A stretch of 32,000 bases of DNA from Methanothermus fervidus DSM 2088 (lineage in GTDB: Archaea; Methanobacteriota; Methanobacteria; DSM-2088; Methanothermaceae), in the NCBI GenBank assembly GCA_000166095.1, contig CP002278.1:810001-842000 (forward strand). The letters are read 5' to 3'. Positions within the stretch are counted from its first letter, which is position 1. Every line of letters starts with the position of its first letter. Below, piece by piece: positions 27,804-32,000 of this stretch. The position numbers were made by a program, and so were the translations under genes. Under the pieces are notes generated by a model. That model was given only the letters and a program-made list of their open reading frames with translations, made no database searches and had not been told where the DNA came from.

Positions 27804-27812
27804 GTGAAAATA

Positions 27813-28268
27813 ATGTATGCAGTTGTTAGAGTAAGGGGAAGAGTAGGTGTTAGAAGAGACATAGCAGATACTCTTAAGATGCTTAGACTTCACAGAGTAA
27901 ATCATGCTGTACTTGTCGATGAGACTCCAAGTTATGAAGGAATGTTACAAAAAGCAAAAGATTACATTACATGGGGAGAAATAGACTTAGATACACTTGT
28001 TGAATTAATTAAAAAACGGGGTAGATTACCAGGAAACAAAAGAGTTGACGAGGAATATTTCAAAGAACTTGGTTATTCTTCTATAAAAGAATTTGCAAAA
28101 GCATTGCTTAACAATGAAACTTCTCTAGAAGATGCAGGGCTAAAACCAGTATTTAGGTTACATCCTCCAAGAAAAGGTTATGAAAGTGTAAAAAAACCAT
28201 TTTCAGAAGGCGGAAGCTTAGGTTATCGTGGAAAAAAAATAAATGAATTATTAAAAAGAATGATTTAG
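27813..28268 (+). CDS. rpl30: 50S ribosomal protein uL30
   Basis: [26 protein letters not shown]... ATG 27813 follows AGGTGA plus 5 nt. The ORF-track GTG 27804 abuts the uS5 stop and is less likely. Confidence 0.94.
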   Translation: MYAVVRVRGRVGVRRDIADTLKMLRLHRVNHAVLVDETPSYEGMLQKAKDYITWGEIDLDTLVELIKKRGRLPGNKRVDEEYFKELGYSSIKEFAKALLNNETSLEDAGLKPVFRLHPPRKGYESVKKPFSEGGSLGYRGKKINELLKRMI

Positions 28269-28278
28269 GAGGGAAAAA

Positions 28279-28710
28279 ATGATACGAAAACGACGAAAAA
28301 TTACGAGGATGAGAGGAACAAGGACTGTCGGTGGTGGCAGTGCAAAAAAAAGAAGAGGTGCAGGAAATCGTGGTGGAAGGGGAATGGCCGGAAGCCACAA
28401 GCATCTCTGGACATGGATTGTCAAATATAAGCCAGATCATTTTGGTAAAAGAGGATTTAAGCGTCCAAAAGCAGTTACAAGAGAAGTAAAAAGTATAAAT
28501 TTAAAAGAAATTGATGAAAAATTAGATGAATTGTTAGAAAAAAATTTAGCAGAAGAAAAGAATGGAATGATATATATTGATTTGGAAAAATTAGGATATG
28601 ATAAGTTGTTAGGTGCTGGTCAAATATCAAGGCCTATATCAGTTAAATCACCAGAAATTTCAAAAAAAGCTAAAGAAAAAATAATAGAGGCTGGTGGAGA
28701 AATTAGATAG
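28279..28710 (+). CDS. rpl15: 50S ribosomal protein uL15
   Basis: 143 aa. ...GGGSAKKRRGAGNRGGRGMAGSHKH... Confidence 0.95.
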   Translation: MIRKRRKITRMRGTRTVGGGSAKKRRGAGNRGGRGMAGSHKHLWTWIVKYKPDHFGKRGFKRPKAVTREVKSINLKEIDEKLDELLEKNLAEEKNGMIYIDLEKLGYDKLLGAGQISRPISVKSPEISKKAKEKIIEAGGEIR

Positions 28711-28720
28711 GTGAAATGAA

Positions 28721-30094
28721 TTGCAAGAAGTTTCTAAATTAAAAAGAAGTTTTGAACCAATATTTTCTATATTACCTTATGTAAAGGCGCCTGCATACAG
28801 AGTTCCACTTAAAGAAAAATTAAAATGGACAGGAATAGTTTTAATATTATATTACTTACTTACACAAATACCTCTTTATGGTCTTAGCCCTACTGCTGTT
28901 GACCAATTTGCACAATTAAGAGCTGTTATAGCCGGTAGTTATGGATCAATATTAACTTTAGGTATTGGACCAATTGTGACAGCTTCAATAGTATTGCAAC
29001 TACTAGTAGGTGGAAAAATTTTAAGGTTAGATTTGTCTAGACATGAAGATAGAGCATTTTTCCAAAGTTTCCAAAAACTTTTATCGATAATTTTTGTTGT
29101 ATTGGAAGGAAGTGCACTGATAGTAAGCGGTGCCCTTCCACCAATCTCACAAGCCTTTGCACCAATTTTACTCCTTCAAATTGTAATAGGAGGAATTTTA
29201 GTAATTTATCTTGATGAAGTTGTATCCAAATGGGGACTTGGAAGCGGGGTTGGACTTTTCATAGCTGCAGGAGTTTCACAAGCAATAATTGTAGGAGCAT
29301 TTAATCCATTTCCATCCCCTGCACAACCAGGAGTCCCTGCTGGTAGAATAACAGGGTTTATATATCTTCTAGCAACAGGACAAATGCCAGATTTCCAAAC
29401 ATATCTATTGCCAGTTATATCATTGATATTTGTATTTTTAGTTGTTGTGTATGCAGAAAGTATGCGTGTAGAAATTCCAATAGCACATGGTGGTGGAAAA
29501 TATCTTAAAGTTCCAATTCAAAAATATCCAATCAAATTTTTATACCCAAGTAACATGCCTGTAATTCTCACAAGTGCACTTCTTGTCAATCTTCAAATGA
29601 TTGCAATGATGTTCCAAAAGATTGGTCATCCAATACTTGGCATTGTTGAAAGAGGCAGGCCAATAAGTGGTTTAGTTTATTATTTAAGCCCGCCACGTGG
29701 AATAGATGTATTATTGGTAGATCCCGCCCATGCATTGATTTATGGAATTGTATTTATATCTCTTTGTATTGTTTTTGCATGGTTCTGGGTAGAAGTGGCA
29801 AATTTAGGTCCTAGAGATCTTGCAGATCAGTTATATAAAATGGGTATTAAAATACCAGGGTTTAGGGGAAGCAAAAGACATATCGAAAGAATATTGAATA
29901 GATACATCCCACCATTAACAATCCTTGGAGGAGCATTTGTAGGATTCCTAGCTTTTGGAGCAGATCTAACAGGGTCCTTAGGTGGAGGCACTGGTGTATT
30001 ATTAACTGTCGGAATACTACATAATCTATACGAAGAAATAGCACGAGAACAAATGATGGAATTACATCCAGCATTAAGAAGATTTTTCAAATGA
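28721..30094 (+). CDS. secY: Preprotein translocase subunit SecY
   Basis: 457 aa, 10-TM pattern. TTG start after AGGTGA; the nearby ATG 28716 is out of frame and terminates quickly. Canonical position after uL15. Confidence 0.95.
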   Translation: MQEVSKLKRSFEPIFSILPYVKAPAYRVPLKEKLKWTGIVLILYYLLTQIPLYGLSPTAVDQFAQLRAVIAGSYGSILTLGIGPIVTASIVLQLLVGGKILRLDLSRHEDRAFFQSFQKLLSIIFVVLEGSALIVSGALPPISQAFAPILLLQIVIGGILVIYLDEVVSKWGLGSGVGLFIAAGVSQAIIVGAFNPFPSPAQPGVPAGRITGFIYLLATGQMPDFQTYLLPVISLIFVFLVVVYAESMRVEIPIAHGGGKYLKVPIQKYPIKFLYPSNMPVILTSALLVNLQMIAMMFQKIGHPILGIVERGRPISGLVYYLSPPRGIDVLLVDPAHALIYGIVFISLCIVFAWFWVEVANLGPRDLADQLYKMGIKIPGFRGSKRHIERILNRYIPPLTILGGAFVGFLAFGADLTGSLGGGTGVLLTVGILHNLYEEIAREQMMELHPALRRFFK

Positions 30095-30104
30095 GGAAGA
30101 TAAC

Positions 30105-30674
30105 ATGAAAACTGTGGTAATAACTGGAGTACCAGGTTCTGGAACTACAACCGTATTAAAAAACGCATTAAAAAATCTGAATTACGTAAATGTTAATTAT
30201 GGTGACGTAATGTTAGAAATTGCAAAGGAAAAGAAACTAGTCGAAGATAGAGATCAAATAAGAAAATTACCATCGGATATACAAAGAGAAATCCAAAAAG
30301 AGGCTGCAAGAAAAATTAGAAAGATTGCAGAAAAAGAAAATGTTATTGTAGATACTCACTGTACAATAAAAACACCAACAGGATTTCTTCCAGGGCTTCC
30401 TAAATGGGTATTAGATGAATTAAATCCACAATTATTTATATTGGTTGAGGCAGACCCAGAAGAAATATTAGTTAGACGCATAAATGATAAATCAAGATCC
30501 AGAGACATGGAAAAGATAAATGAAATAAAGCTCCACCAAGAGATGAACAGAGCAGCTGCAATGGCTTATGCTGTGTTAACAGGTGCAAGTGTAAAAATAA
30601 TAGAAAACCATGATGAAAAATTAGATGAAGCTGTTAATGAACTTGTTAATATATTAGAAGGTGTGAAACAATGA
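30105..30674 (+). CDS. adkA: Adenylate kinase, archaeal type
   Basis: 189 aa. P-loop ITGVPGSGTTT. Canonical position after secY. Confidence 0.92.
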   Translation: MKTVVITGVPGSGTTTVLKNALKNLNYVNVNYGDVMLEIAKEKKLVEDRDQIRKLPSDIQREIQKEAARKIRKIAEKENVIVDTHCTIKTPTGFLPGLPKWVLDELNPQLFILVEADPEEILVRRINDKSRSRDMEKINEIKLHQEMNRAAAMAYAVLTGASVKIIENHDEKLDEAVNELVNILEGVKQ

Positions 30675-31201
30675 CAATTTTTTTAAATCCGGTTGCTTTA
30701 GATCCTAATCCAAATAATCCACTCTTCACAATATTTTTAATATCAATTTTTGTAGCTTTTATAAGTACTTTAGCTAGTAAAATATTAATAGACCATGAAA
30801 AATTAGAAAAACATAAAAAAGAAATAGAAAAGTTTCAAAAAGAATTAAAGAAAATAAGTTCATCATCCGACCCCGAAGCGATGAGAAAATTACAAGAAAA
30901 ACAAATAGAATTTTTTGACAAACAAAAAGAAATAATGATAATGTCATTCAAACCATTATTAGTAACTTTCATTCCAATACTTCTTGTATTTTATTGGATG
31001 GCACGTGATCCACATATATCAAAGACTGTAGTAATACTACCAAAAGTTGCCTATTATTTATTACTTGTGCCACTTTGGCACATGTTATATCCACCACATC
31101 ATCCTTTACCACCTTACTCAATAGGATGGTTAGGTTGGTATATACTCTGTACCCTTACATTGTCACAAATATTCAGAAAACTTATGGGAGTAAAAGCATA
31201 A
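30671..31201 (+). CDS. DUF106-family membrane protein (archaeal Oxa1/YidC/EMC3-like insertase homologue)
   Basis: 176 aa. TM1 (LFTIFLISIFVAFISTLA), then a charged coiled-coil (HEKLEKHKKEIEKFQKELKK...QEKQIEFFDKQKE), then two further TMs. ATGA overlap with adk. Same slot as the conserved DUF106 gene in other euryarchaeal spc clusters. Confidence 0.8.
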   Translation: MTIFLNPVALDPNPNNPLFTIFLISIFVAFISTLASKILIDHEKLEKHKKEIEKFQKELKKISSSSDPEAMRKLQEKQIEFFDKQKEIMIMSFKPLLVTFIPILLVFYWMARDPHISKTVVILPKVAYYLLLVPLWHMLYPPHHPLPPYSIGWLGWYILCTLTLSQIFRKLMGVKA

Positions 31202-31216
31202 TAAGAGGTGTTATGT

Positions 31217-31486
31217 ATGCCACAACCAAGATATAGATCCAGATCATACCGAAAAGTTTTCAAAAGGACACCTGGTGGAAGAACTGTAGTACATTATGAA
31301 AAAAGGAAACCAAACCCTGCCAGATGTGCTGGCTGTGGGAAAGTACTTCATGGAGTACCTAGAGAGAGACCATATAGAATTAGAAAATTATCAAAAACAA
31401 AAAGACGGCCAAATAGACCATATGGTGGTTATTATTGCTCAGAATGCATGAGGAAAGTCTTTAAAAAAGAGGCTAGATCAATATGA
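31217..31486 (+). CDS. rpl34e: 50S ribosomal protein eL34
   Basis: [22 protein letters not shown]... with CxxC...CxxC. ATG 31217 follows GAGGTG plus 6 nt; the ORF-track GTG 31208 overlaps that SD. Confidence 0.93.
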   Translation: MPQPRYRSRSYRKVFKRTPGGRTVVHYEKRKPNPARCAGCGKVLHGVPRERPYRIRKLSKTKRRPNRPYGGYYCSECMRKVFKKEARSI

Positions 31487-32000
31487 TAATAACCATCAGT
31501 GGTTTGGCTGGCAGTGGTACAACCACACTATCTAAAATTTTATCAAAAAAATTAAATTATAAGCATATATCTGCTGGTGATATTTTTAGGAAAATGGCAG
31601 AAGAAAGAAATATGAGTTTATTAGAATTTAGTAAATTTGCAGAAGAAAATGAAGAAATTGACATAAAAATAGATGAAAAACAAGCAGAATTGGCAAAAAA
31701 TTCTGACAATTTAATAATTGAAGGTAGATTATCTGGTCATTTTGTAGATGCAGATTTAAAGGTATGGTTAACAGCGCCATTTGATGTGAGAGCAAAAAGA
31801 ATTAGTAAGAGAGAATCTAAACCGTTAGAAGTTGTTAAAAAAGAAATAAAAAGAAGAGAAAAAAGTGAAGCACTTAGATATAAAAAAATACATGGAATAG
31901 ATATAAACAATCTTGATATTTATGACCTTATAATAAATTCTAGTACTTTTAGTGCAGAAGAAATAGCCGAAATCATAATAAAAGCATTAGAGGTGATTCA
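31483..32000 (+). CDS. cmk: Cytidylate kinase, archaeal type; 3' end runs off the window
   Basis: Not in the ORF track because it is open at the right edge. ATGA overlap with eL34. My translation: [41 protein letters not shown]... (P-loop). Canonical position after eL34. Confidence 0.88.
   Translation, partial: MIITISGLAGSGTTTLSKILSKKLNYKHISAGDIFRKMAEERNMSLLEFSKFAEENEEIDIKIDEKQAELAKNSDNLIIEGRLSGHFVDADLKVWLTAPFDVRAKRISKRESKPLEVVKKEIKRREKSEALRYKKIHGIDINNLDIYDLIINSSTFSAEEIAEIIIKALEVI

Noticed and set aside
20410-30090. Numerous 60-130-aa minus-strand ORFs inside the ribosomal protein / secY genes (for example 24824-25201, 27146-27538, 29827-30090)
   Set aside because: All are antisense to highly conserved genes in a unidirectional operon. 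They have compositional shadow-ORF character.
1-32000. Search for rRNA, tRNA, CRISPR arrays, IS elements and prophage genes
   Set aside because: The intergenic spaces are all 160 bp or shorter and AT-rich. I saw no GC-rich structured segments, no regularly spaced direct repeats, and no transposase or integrase-like ORFs. Small C/D-box or antisense RNAs cannot be excluded by eye.

Overview
AT-rich (roughly one-third G+C by eye) archaeal chromosome segment. Three things point to a methanogen of the Methanobacteriales type: the gene content, the GGAGGTGAT-style Shine-Dalgarno sites, and a ribosomal-cluster gene order matching what I remember for Methanothermobacter MTH1-MTH30. The K/E/I-rich proteins suggest a thermophile such as Methanothermus, but this is unverified.

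Layout:
(i) 1-10406: six tightly packed minus-strand genes. In transcription order they are the DNA polymerase II (PolD) large subunit DP2 carrying a 305-aa intein, a ferredoxin-fused radical SAM protein, a CbiA/CfbB-type tetrapyrrole a,c-diamide synthase, SerA, a polytopic membrane protein and a GT-B glycosyltransferase-like gene.
(ii) 10422-10581: AT-rich divergent promoter region.
(iii) 10582-16259: a 1661-aa CobN/Mg-chelatase-H-like protein with a Sec-type signal peptide, a low-complexity stalk and a C-terminal membrane anchor, followed by a MotA/TolQ/ExbB-type proton-channel protein.
(iv) 16353-32000: an ordinary, perfectly collinear archaeal S10-spc-type ribosomal protein cluster. It runs from a SPOUT-family gene and uL3 through uL15, SecY, Adk, a DUF106/Oxa1-like protein and eL34e to Cmk.

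I saw no rRNA, tRNA, CRISPR array or transposon. The only mobile element is the intein.

Most interesting items:
- The exported CobN-like / ExbB-like pair, a candidate PMF-coupled surface metal or tetrapyrrole handling module. Its function is unknown to me.
- The PolD intein, which sits in the catalytic NCDGDED motif and ends in Gln rather than Asn.
- The radical SAM / amidase pair.
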